Shown piece by piece: positions 21,743 through 32,072 of a stretch of 64,000 bases of DNA; the first letter of the stretch is position 1, and each line of letters opens with the position of its first letter. A model generated the notes under the pieces. That model saw only the letters and a program-made list of their open reading frames with translations. It was not told the DNA's origin and searched no databases. Made by a program: the position numbers and the translations under genes. Where the stretch lies: NCBI GenBank assembly GCA_030704615.1, contig CM060733.1, positions 45,260,001 through 45,324,000 of the forward strand, in the 5' to 3' direction. This DNA comes from Takakia lepidozioides. Taxonomy: Eukaryota; Plantae; Bryophyta.

Positions 21743-23437
21743 TCAGGCATCACTGCCATCTTCATTATCATCAACTTCCTCTTCTACTGGAGGTATTAAT
21801 TTGGCTTTGCTTCTGGTTACTACCATTGTACTTACTTCCGGTACAACACATGGCCTAACCATGTGAGCTGCCACCACGGGCCCCTCATTCACAGGAACTC
21901 TCATCTCATTCTGGTGTTTGATCCAGAATGGACAGGCCGCCTTGCGATGTCCTGCCTGATTACAATAGTAACACAGTTCTTCCCCATTAGGTCCTTGCCC
22001 TTGGTCTGTTCTGGGATTGTTTATGTAATCCTGATTCCCTGGCTGGTAATTCCCCCTTGGATTACCCTGATAGTTGCCTCTGGAATTTCCCTGGTAATTC
22101 CCTCTTGGATAACCTCTTCTTTCCATGCCATTGTTATAGCCATCAGGCCTACCATAGTGGTCATGATCACTGTTTCTTCTTGGCTGGGGCTGCACTTGAT
22201 GCACCCTTACTTGCCTAGGTTCTCTTGCTGCTGTCCTTCGGTTGTAGTAACAGTTCTCAGTAGAATGGTTATCCGTTTTATAGATAGTACAGTGTTTCTC
22301 CTTCATGTGGCATTCAGTGGTGGTGTGGCCTTCATTCTGGCATTTTACACACCAAACACCCTTCCTCCAATGTGTTGCAGCCTCTGTGGCATATTTTTTC
22401 AAGATTTCTTCTAATCTTTTCTCATAATTATCCCTCTTCAACTTTTCCTTCCCTTTACTCTTCCTCTTATGCTCCAGCTCTTCTTCCTCATCTGACTCAT
22501 CCTCAGAGTCCTCATCATCTCTTTTCTCTCTCCTGAGCATTCCCAATTGCTCAATTCTGTTTGTTGTTTCAAATGCCTCCTCCACTGTATTGTGGGGTAA
22601 CATGTCCACTTTCTTTTGCAGCTTTGGTCTTAGTCCATTCACAAACCAAGCCTTCTGTAACCCTGGTGCAGGTACAGCTGCTAGCTTTTTCATCATCAAT
22701 TCCATCTTTTCCATATACTCTTCAACAATTTCATGCTTCTTTTGCTTTAGCTGTTGTAAACTTCCATACACTTCTTTACTGGTCCTAAACCTATTTCGGA
22801 ACGTTGTATTCAAGCCATTCCACGTTAGGAAATGATTATCAGGGAATCTTGCATACCATTCACTGGATTTCTTTATAAGTGAACAAGGAAACAGTCTCAT
22901 CTTGGCATCATCGCCATTCTCATTGTTCACTATACACATGTGCTCAAATTGACTAATGTGTACATCAGGATCCCCTTTTCCTGAATATATTGGAAAAGGT
23001 GGTTTTGCCCGTGTTGGTTGTAACGCCATCTGTGGCCCTACCCCCTGCCCACTGACAGGTGTTGGCCCTCTGGCTGATGCTGGTCCTTGAGGACTTGTGG
23101 TAATTGTGGTGGTTCCTCCACCAAGTGCTGGCCCCTGAGCACTCCTTGCTCCTGGCCTCACTATATTCACAGTATTCCCAGCTTCAGTTGCACTACTTCC
23201 CACACTCCCTGTCCCCCCAGAGCCAGATCCAGGTCTCCCGCCTGATCCCTCTGAGCCGACACCTTCGTTGGCCTGTGATCCAACTGCTCCACTTGATCCA
23301 GGTCCAATGGGTTGGGATGTCTTGATTGTAGTCTCAACCTCAGCTGCTGGGTCTACTTCTTCATACTCGTCGTCTTCCAATTTCTTCTCTCTATTTTCAT
23401 CTTCCAAGTTCTGCCCTTGGGGTTTCTTCTTCTTCAC
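21743..23437 (-). CDS. Gag polyprotein (capsid-like domain + CCHC zinc knuckles)
   Basis: 564-aa ORF: YSGKGDPDVHISQFE..RLFPCSL..EWY, FVNGLRPKL, CVKCQNEGHTTTEC, CYYCNQAGHRKAAC. Confidence 0.85.
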   Translation of the reverse strand: MKKKKPQGQNLEDENREKKLEDDEYEEVDPAAEVETTIKTSQPIGPGSSGAVGSQANEGVGSEGSGGRPGSGSGGTGSVGSSATEAGNTVNIVRPGARSAQGPALGGGTTTITTSPQGPASARGPTPVSGQGVGPQMALQPTRAKPPFPIYSGKGDPDVHISQFEHMCIVNNENGDDAKMRLFPCSLIKKSSEWYARFPDNHFLTWNGLNTTFRNRFRTSKEVYGSLQQLKQKKHEIVEEYMEKMELMMKKLAAVPAPGLQKAWFVNGLRPKLQKKVDMLPHNTVEEAFETTNRIEQLGMLRREKRDDEDSEDESDEEEELEHKRKSKGKEKLKRDNYEKRLEEILKKYATEAATHWRKGVWCVKCQNEGHTTTECHMKEKHCTIYKTDNHSTENCYYNRRTAAREPRQVRVHQVQPQPRRNSDHDHYGRPDGYNNGMERRGYPRGNYQGNSRGNYQGNPRGNYQPGNQDYINNPRTDQGQGPNGEELCYYCNQAGHRKAACPFWIKHQNEMRVPVNEGPVVAAHMVRPCVVPEVSTMVVTRSKAKLIPPVEEEVDDNEDGSDA

Positions 23438-23849
23438 TCATGTAACTAACTTGTAATGGTGTTGGAGAGTTTGAACTCTCCGTTGGCTCTGTCACATCAT
23501 CTTCAGTTTCAGAAACTGGAGTTCCTGCTGTTGGTGTTCCATGCCAACTCTTATCAAAGATTTCTGTCAAATCTTTTATCCAGGGATGTACCTCAGATCT
23601 TTCACCTCGTGGTTGATCTTCTTCCTTTGCCAATTCCCTTAATCTTTCTTGCAAAGAAAAAGAATGTGTGGTATCCAACTCTAGTTCTTCCGGTATGGGT
23701 GATGTACTCCCTGATCTTAATGGTGTGAGAGGTCCAGATGATTCCCCAATGTCTATTCTTTTCTCCCAAAGGTATGGATAATTAGCTTTCAGGTAACTTT
23801 CCCTTTTTGCTGAATATCTCTGGAGTCTAGCTTCTCTTTCATCACTCAT
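23397..23849 (-). CDS. Gag N-terminal segment or separate upstream ORF (150 aa)
   Basis: Overlaps the gag ORF start in another frame; no known domain. Confidence 0.45.
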   Translation of the reverse strand: MSDEREARLQRYSAKRESYLKANYPYLWEKRIDIGESSGPLTPLRSGSTSPIPEELELDTTHSFSLQERLRELAKEEDQPRGERSEVHPWIKDLTEIFDKSWHGTPTAGTPVSETEDDVTEPTESSNSPTPLQVSYMSEEEETPRAELGR

Positions 23850-23869
23850 GTCCCATGTCCTTCATTTCT

Positions 23870-24574
23870 TTAATGTGGCAATAACCAAAACTCTCTTCTG
23901 TAGTATCTCTCGTATATGCCTGGGTTTCTTTCAAGCTTCAATGCACCCTTGGCTATACTTGAAGTCTCCGTTACCATATAACCATATGGTAAACAAGTCT
24001 GAAAAGCTGTTCTTGGTGTGAGTTTGATCCACAGAATATCCTTTGGAATCCAATTCTTTACTAGTACAAGCTCCTCATGCATATGAGTATAAACATTCAC
24101 CTTTCTTTCCTCCCAGCTTTCAAACTCTACCCGCTTAATGGATAGCAAAGCTATCACATAAACCAGTGTTGGTAACCAATGGGCTCTTCCTCTACAGGCC
24201 ACCTGATAAATCTTTATCACTCCTTTCTCCAGACCCCACTCCGGGTCAGCATCATGCACTCTCTTAAGAATGTTTTCTTTACAACCGTCTGACAATTCCA
24301 AGAACCTATGAAAGAATTGTTTAGACAATCTTTCCTTCTCAGTTCCACAGGGAATGTGTTTCACATCAAATTCTTTAATTCTCCAACCACCATGATCCCA
24401 CCAGATGCCTGTCACATCTGGTTGTTCATGACCCAGTTCCCCAGTATGGTCGCCAAATGTCGCGCGGCTTTTACTCACCCATCCCTTCGCTATCCGAGGT
24501 GGGAACTCCAAGAGAGAAGAGTTGGATATCTCTAAGTACTCAGCCCGCTCAGAACAATCAGTCATGACCTGCAA
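23870..24574 (-). CDS. Extra ORF between LTR/PBS and gag (unknown function)
   Basis: 234 open codons with globular-looking composition, running across the LTR end and PBS. Confidence 0.45.
   Translation of the reverse strand: MQVMTDCSERAEYLEISNSSLLEFPPRIAKGWVSKSRATFGDHTGELGHEQPDVTGIWWDHGGWRIKEFDVKHIPCGTEKERLSKQFFHRFLELSDGCKENILKRVHDADPEWGLEKGVIKIYQVACRGRAHWLPTLVYVIALLSIKRVEFESWEERKVNVYTHMHEELVLVKNWIPKDILWIKLTPRTAFQTCLPYGYMVTETSSIAKGALKLERNPGIYERYYRREFWLLPH
24438..24455 (-). promoter_or_regulatory. Primer-binding site, tRNA-Arg-like
   Basis: Minus strand reads ...ACA tt TGGCGACCATACTGGGGA. Confidence 0.75.
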
Positions 24575-25611
24575 CTAGTGAATCATGGTTGTGCTTCCGG
24601 TTCGTATTTCTTCTCGCCTTCATGTTAGTAATTCTACCTTACCGTGTATACTTAAGCATCAGATTGCCCCTTTAACTATCCGATTCCATTCATTCCACAG
24701 CTTCACTCAAGTCTCTCTACAAAGTGTGATTGTATCGAATACTAATCAGATTAAGAATCATCAGGTATCGTATCTATGCCATTATGTCTCTAATCTACCC
24801 TCCTATATAATCCTACAGCTTGTACGAACTAAGTCGCAATCGCGTCATCCTCTTCTCTTCTGTGGAGTCATCATCCCTGTACTCCAAGACCGTGCCCTCT
24901 ATCCGACCTCCTCCTGTGATGTCTAAGAAGAAGTCCTCCAAAAGTCCTCACTCTCCGCTTTATCTCCCCACAAGCTGTTCTAACCACCTTCCTCACTAAC
25001 CGTCACCCCTGAAGTAACATATTCCCTCTGCAAATGTTATTCCCCACTGTCGTTCCCTGTCATGATAACCGTTCCCCATGGCTGTGACAGCTGTGTCAAG
25101 CTGTGATTGGCTGTGCGAAGCTGTGTCGACTGTGTCGGGCTGTGACTACTGTGACTGGCTGTGTCGGGCTGTGTGAAGCTGTGACGGACTGTGACTGGCT
25201 GTGACTGGCTGTGTTGGGCTGTGTTGAGCTGTGTGAAGCTGTGTCGACTGTGTCTGGCTGTGACTGACTATGTCGGGCTGTGACTGGCTGTCTAAACCCC
25301 TTAAAGCATGCGTTTGTCACCCCTAAGGCTCATGTTGGTCTCAGTCTGTGCAAAAATTAAGGGTACCCCACAGAACCCGTAAAAGTGTCTAAGTCCCAAG
25401 CAGCCCTCTAACAGCACTCCAGTCTAGTTTCCAGCATTCTAGTATCTAAGTCAAGTTCTAGTATCTTGTACTCTTTTCCATTGTTATAAAGATCATCTTG
25501 ATTCATGTATATTCATCATGCATTCGGCCACGCCAACCTTGACTCCTTGTCTAGTCTTGTACCTCTAGTCTGATCTCTTGTTTGTGTTCAGTCATGCTCT
25601 CGTCATTAACA
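24458..25611 (-). repeat. 5' LTR of retrotransposon 2 (1154 bp) containing a ~10 bp gctgtg-based minisatellite (25080-25292)
   Basis: TGT..ACA termini; adjacent to the PBS on one side and the interrupted RT on the other. Confidence 0.8.
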
Positions 25612-26630
25612 CTTGGCAAGATCAGGAGGCAAACCATCATTGGACATGATATGTCCAAGAAAGTGCAACTTAGGCATAAACAGCTCACACTTCTTTGGCT
25701 TCACCTTGAGTCCTGCAGTACGCAATTTGCTGAAAACACGCTACAGATAAGTCAAGTGAGCATCAAAGCTAGCTGAGTATACATTGATATCATCAACAAT
25801 AAGGCACAGTCCCAGCGAAGATTATCCAAGACAATGTCCATGAGGCAATGGAATGTAGAGGTGGCATTGCACAGACCAAATGGCATGGTCTCATATTGGT
25901 ATTTGCCCATGCGATACACAAAGGGTTTTTTTTCTTGGCTGCTTTAGCGAGATGAACTTGCCAAAAACCAGATGCAATGTCAAGAGAGGATAAAATTGTA
26001 GCACCATGCAATTGATCCAAAGTCTCATTGATCCTAGGTAGAGGATAAGCATCCTTCTTGGTGATGTCATTCAGTTTCTTGAAGTCAACACAAAAGCGAG
26101 TAGTGCCATCTTTCTTGCCAACCAGGACAATTGGACTGGCCCAAGAAGAAACTGATGGCTTAATCACACCAGCATCAAGCATTTTCTGGATTTCTTCTTG
26201 AACTATAGCACGCTCCTTAACACTCTCTCGGTATGCAAATTGCTTAATAGGAGGTCCTTCAGTAACAATGTCATGTTGAAGGATAGGAAGACGCCCCAGA
26301 TCAGTACATCCCAAGCTGAAGACATCCAGATTTTTTGCAATAAGCATTAAGACTCTTTTCTTTTGGCCTCAGGAGAGGGACCTAGTGCCTAATGTAATTT
26401 TAGACGGCACTTTGGTGAGGGCAGCCTTACCTTCATGACTTAGATCAGGGATAGGTGGTGGTGTAATTGCAGCAAAAGCAACAACAACATCCAAAGGGCC
26501 ATGTTGAATGCAATGGCCTCCAGCCCAAAGCCAGCTTGCACTTCTTGTATTTCAGCAATGGGTAAGGCAGTGATGCGAGCCAGGTTTTGCCGGGCCAGTC
26601 ACAGTACGGACCATGTGGCTGGATACCACA
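25612..26630 (-). pseudogene. Gypsy RT fragment (element 3)
   Basis: SSWASPIVLVGKKDGTTRFCVDFKKLN..DAYPLPRI..SSLDIASGFWQV ... HFLGHIMS. Confidence 0.85.
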
Positions 26631-28110
26631 AATTCCTCACCAAAAAAATGTCTATTTCTACCTCCAGACCCTGCACCTTGCTTCACAGTTCCGGTAAAAA
26701 TCAGAGTGCAAAATTGAGATATCTCTGTAGAAGCACTTTTGGACTCAGGGGCTTCAGCGTGTCTTATTGACAAAAACTTTGCGAAGCAACACAATTTAAC
26801 GCTCGTAAAGAAGAAATTATCGCCCCCCGTTGAAGTCATCGATGGACGACCGTTAGATTCAGGAAATGTTGACCATGAAACTCGACCACTTGAAGTGAAG
26901 CTTGAAGATCAATCATCACATATTGTTTTCAACATCTTCTAGTCTCCAACGAATCCTATGATCCTTGGACTTTCCTGGTTCGTATTTCATAATCCTGACA
27001 TCGACTGGCGATCACGAAATTTTTTTGCAAGACAAAAATGTAGAAATATCAAATGTATTCAACCCCTGTTCCTTGGAGCTAGAGCTTTCATGAGAGCTAC
27101 CAAAAAAGATGCGGCATTTGCACTTTATACGACTCCGATCAAGACCACAACAGACAAAGGTACTTCGACATTACCCACTCAATATCAAGATTTCAATGAT
27201 GTATTCGAGAAGAAAAATGTAGACACATTGCCAGAACATCGACCTTATAACTATGCAATTGAGTTACAAGAAAGAGCCCAACCACCATTCGGCCCAATCT
27301 ACAATTTATTCCAGACGGAGTTGGCTGCATTACGTGAGTACATTGATGAAAATTTGTCGAAGAACTTCATCCGACATTCAAAACCTACGGGGGCGCCTAT
27401 CTTGTTTGTGGAAAAGAAAGACATAATATCATTACGCATATGTGTGGATTATCGCGGTCTCAACAAAGTCACAATTAAGAATCGTTATCCGTTGTCGCTG
27501 ATTTATGGGCTTCTCAACCAACTGGGACGAGCGAAGATTTTCACCAAAATTGACTTGAGAAGAGCTTATAACCTTGTACGGAGCCTTTTGAACAACGTAT
27601 GAACATTTTCAATACAGTGTTATGCATTTCGGTCTTATAAATGCTCCAGCAATTTTCCAACATATGATGAATGACATCTTTCAAGAATTTTTAGATGACT
27701 TTGTAGTCATCTATTTGGACGATATTTTGATATTTTCACAGAATGAAGAAGAACATGGTCGTCATGTACGCCTTGTCCTTGATAAATTAAGAAAATATGA
27801 TTATATGCCAAGTTGGAAAAAATGTCTTTTCCATTTGAGGTTGAATTTCTGGGCTACATTATTTCCGACAAAGACGTCTTTATGGATCAGAAGAAAATAC
27901 AAACCATCATCGAGTGGATTAAACCAACTTCGGTCCGAGATGTACAATGTTATCTGGGATTTGCAAATTTCTATAGAATCTTCATCAATGATCACTCCAA
28001 AATTGCTGCATCATTGACACGACTCACAGGGAAGGACAAATTTGTATGGGACGAGAAGGCTGACTAGACATTTGAAAGGTTGAAGCAGACATTTACAAAG
28101 GACCCAATAA
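26631..28110 (+). pseudogene. Chromovirus (Tcn1/Tf-like) protease-RT fragment (element 4)
   Basis: [66 protein letters not shown]; stops and deletions present. Confidence 0.85.
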
Positions 28111-28784
28111 GGGCAAGGAGTTTTGTAACCGCTGTATGTTCCAACTTTGGAGTCAAGCATTATACCACAACCCCATATCATCCCCAGACCAATGGCCTCA
28201 CGGAACGCTTCAACCAAACTCTTTGTTGAATGTTGGAGAAAAATGATGCACTTACCAGGGAGTGGGATACCTTTCTTCCCCTTATTCTCTTTGCTTATCG
28301 CACCACCGTACATGCTAGTACCAAAAAGATTTCTTTTGACTTGTTGTATGGTCGCAAGTGTGTCTATCCTTTGCATTCTACCCCTCTTATCTCTACTGTA
28401 GTTGCTGGTCTGGTTGATCTTGATATCTTTGTTGATGATCTTCATGCTCGACATGCGGTATCTATCCATGGTGCCAACATTGGTAAGGCTTTGCTAACCC
28501 AGGCCCGCAATTTTAACAAGCGTGTCAAGTATTCTAACATGTTTCAGGTGGGACAGACCGTGTGCGTTCGGTTGCAGCATGGTAAACATGCATGCAAATC
28601 TAAGCTCAAGATCGACGGTCCATACTTGATCTATCAGATTTTACGTGGACGACGTGCTCTCCTTCTTCCACAGGGGTCCAATACTGAAGTATGGGATGAA
28701 CCGGTTTCTTTGACGGATCTGGTACATTCCGAGTTGGTCTTTGATCTCACGTGCATTAATGTGGAGGGACGCATGGTGGGGTGA
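28111..28784 (+). pseudogene. Gypsy integrase core / C-terminal fragment
   Basis: TTPYHPQTNGLTERFNQTL, WDTFLPLILFAYRT, FDLLYGR, GPY motif (IDGPYLI). Confidence 0.8.
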
Positions 28785-29114
28785 TGTTTTGATCTTCTAG
28801 CCGATCTACTTCACCTTCATCTTCTCCAGCGACTTAGTCTTAGATTGCGGATTGTGACTTTCATGGCCTTATGGCTTGCACATTCTAGGACTTAAAAACA
28901 TTTGTAGTCTTATGATATATCACCACCTGTACTCCTTGCACGGTTTTCCTAGCCAAAGGGTTTTGTCCTCGGCCCAATTTACAGGTGCCAGGTTTTCCCT
29001 TGGTAGGTTTTTCACCCAGCAGAGGAGGGTGATCTTATCAAATTATTTACTTATTATTTATTATATTTTCCTTCGCAGGGCTCAAGATTTTTCGTGGGGG
29101 GTAGGCTTCACAGA

Positions 29115-29519
29115 TGTGATGGCCCAAACTCTCGTCATCACCAATTTGCTTTATTCATCCAAAGTGGCGATACTCATTCGTAGTATAATTTTTTTGGCGT
29201 AAGTACGTTAAAACCATTCCAATGATAGCGTAACCAGGGATAGTTCATGCTTGTGGCCGTATCCTGGTTGTTCAATAGATCTACGGCTGATGAAAAGGTG
29301 CCGCGAGCTCAGCCTGTCATGCCTCGTCACGCGGCATGCAGATATGCAGCTAGGGTTTGTATTTAAAGCGACAGCCTGACCTTGTGTCAGGTCAGTTGGC
29401 TCCCAAAAATCCTTCTCTCGCGTGAACGCAGGCTCCTCCTTGCTCGCCCCTTGTCATTTTAATGTTCAATACTTAAGAGGACATGAGATTATTCTTCCAT
29501 CTTGTTTTAAGGCTTCACA
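29115..29519 (+). repeat. Probable 3' LTR (405 bp) preceded by a polypurine tract
   Basis: TGTGA...TCACA termini; ggggggtagg at 29096-29105, downstream of the integrase fragment. Confidence 0.55.
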
Positions 29520-29693
29520 GACGCACACACGTTGAGGTGTTAATTTGACAAAACATTCAGGTGTTTATTAAATAAGACAATAGGAATAATGTAAGAACTT
29601 AATGGATGAGTGCTATCTGATGGTACTTTCGCCGGATTCAGGCAGCCTGGTCTCCCCCGGCGAGGCCCCTGTCGAATCCTCCCCAGTTTAGAT

Positions 29694-31435
29694 TAAATTG
29701 GGTCTTAAATTCTCACGTGTGGGCCGGGCAGCTCATGGACGCACAAACGCGGGGTCGCCTCCACCTTCCCCCGCGACCACCGGGCGGGTCTACTCGCGGG
29801 TCCGGGTCTGCTCAGAACTTAGAAATATTTCCAGTAAACTCCCCCTTGAAAAAGACCATCATTAATGCACATGCAGCGCCAGAGTTCAAGAACTCGTAAT
29901 CTTAGAGATATTAGTCAATGCACCCAACCACCACACTACCAACTGCTTTGTGCTACACCATCACTTTTTCTATATCTTAACCAGTGTTGGGAGGGTATAT
30001 TGATTTTTCCTACCCTCAGGGTAAGGGTATATATGATTTTGGGGGTCAAACTTATCCTCGTGGTAAGGGTATAATCTATTTTTTGAAAATATTTACCCTC
30101 CGGATAAGGGTATATATAAATTTTTGGTAAACATGTTCCCTCAGGGTAAGGGTATTGGGTGCCACATATACCATGAGGGTAAGGGTAATTGCAAGATAAC
30201 GATACCATTTTTATATCCTCTGGATATCCCAGAGTAATTATAAAGGGTGAATTTAATTTAATTTATGAATTTTATTAAATACTTAGAATAAAGCATTTCA
30301 ACTGTGTAACATCCCCATTATATCCCAAGGAGCTTACTAGACAAATTTCTTAGAGAAGAGTTGGCCTAGCCAGGTGGTATATAGAATCTAACGGGCTATG
30401 CCTTTTATTTAAAAAAATAATTTGTTTACTTCTTTTTTGTGGCTTATGAATAGCAAAAGTTTAGCCCTCATTTATGCTCCTCTAATGGCCCTAAAAATAA
30501 TAACAAAACAACACATTTGATAATAATGAGGTCCAAAATCACCAGAGCTTGAAACATGCGCTTTGCACAATAGAGAGAATGGCGGGGACGAAGGAAGGAG
30601 AGAGCTCGGCAGTAGCCCACGCTTTTTGCAAGAAGGAGAGAGTGGCAAGGACCAGACTTGGAGCATAAGCTGCGGAGAAGAAGACCAACGAAGCGAAAAA
30701 AAATGAAAAAATGCTAGTGTTTGCCTTCTCTACTAGCAAATACCACACCTACCAGTTGGTAGCTGAGATGGAAAGTGTACTTAGTGCCACCCAGATGGTT
30801 CTGGGGTCAAATCTTGCTACCTTGATGGCTGTGGTATGTTCTGGGCAGTGTCCCATGCGTAAGCATTCACAGCGAGGTTACTCTGAAAGAGGTTATTTTT
30901 TCCTCTCATTATAACTAAGGGGCTTGATTTGTGAGCTGTTGCTCCGAGGTGTTTCCTTTTAAAAAATAAAATAAAAAAAATAATACCACACCTAAACCTA
31001 AACCCTAGTAATCAAATTACTATACCCTTCCCTATTACCTGGCCATAGAACAAATTTACCCTCAGGGTAAGGGTATCCTTCGAGATTTCAAACCCCAGGG
31101 TATAATCCATTAAGGGTATTACAAAAATAATTACCCCTGACAAGGGTAGGATAAGGGTATTTTTGAATTTCCAGGGTAGGGTATATTTATATATCCTTAT
31201 TAGGTTTTACCCTCAGGGTATAATGGCAGAAAAAGGGTCTCCTCCCAACACTCGTCTTAACCTAGAAAACAGCTGCACGGTGACCTAGGAGGGTGGACCC
31301 ACCGCGGCACACCCTAGCTCGGCGGCAGACCCTTCCTAGCGGACCCGAGAGTCATGGGTCACGGTGGGACCACCCCAAACCAACCCGGCGGCCCCTACTA
31401 TACTGGGCCTACATGAGAATTCACGACCCAATTTA
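29694..31435. mobile_element. Non-autonomous TIR element (outer)
   Basis: Imperfect TIRs: taaattgggtcttaaattctcacgtgtgggcc versus the reverse complement of the right end, taaattgggtcgtgaattctcatgtaggccc. Confidence 0.55.
29982..31253. mobile_element. Non-autonomous hAT-like element nested in the outer element
   Basis: TIRs cagtgttgggagg / cctcccaacactc; 8-bp TSD atcttaac / gtcttaac (7/8 match); many subterminal accctcagggtaagggta motifs at both ends. Confidence 0.75.
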
Positions 31436-32072
31436 TTTATAATGAGAAACTTGAAGCCCTGCCCCCATAAATCAGGAAGCCATGCTCCAGGATTTTACAA
31501 GAGGAAAGTAACTAGAGAATGAAAGTCCAAAGACTAAAGCTGCAGTCGACAAACTACACTAAGTTAGGCAGTGAAGCAGCCTATCATTATCATTAACCTA
31601 TGTCTCGGTTCTCACTAATGTGCTTGTTTACAATATAAGCATCTTTAAGTGTATAAGAGTTTTTTTAGTGGAATATGATGAACCGGAAGTAGACATTTTT
31701 CTGTCTATGGACATGATTAATGATCACACCATATGTTCCACTAAACCAAATTAGACAAACTAGATGAGGCATAGATTTCTGAAAGTGACTGTGGTCATTT
31801 GGCTTCCCAAGCACAACAAAGACCATTTGATCATGCATCACTAACTTAAACCAAGTCTCATCAATTCACACTCCTCACTGTTCATTGGACGTGAGACAAA
31901 GTTTATTGAAAGTGAAAGTGGTCATTTGGCTTTCCAAGGGCTCCATTAGACCATCCATTCACTCACCACCAAACCGTGCTCCATTGTGAGCCACTCCTTA
32001 TGCAAAGTTCATTGGGAATGGAAGTGGTCATTTGGCTTTCCATAAAGCAGACCAAGTGAGTTTGTATTTGTG

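Larger units (their letters stand above)
21047..25611 (-). mobile_element. Ty3/Gypsy LTR retrotransposon 2 (non-chromovirus type, Arg PBS), 5' half
   Basis: LTR 25611-24458, PBS, extra ORFs and gag. Inserted into the RT of a third element, whose frame resumes at 25612. Confidence 0.85.

Noticed and set aside
20426-21866. Proline-rich/extensin-like or glycine-rich ORFs; G-quadruplex region
   Set aside because: They span the N gap and the poly-C-smeared low-quality sequence overlying a retrotransposon protease.
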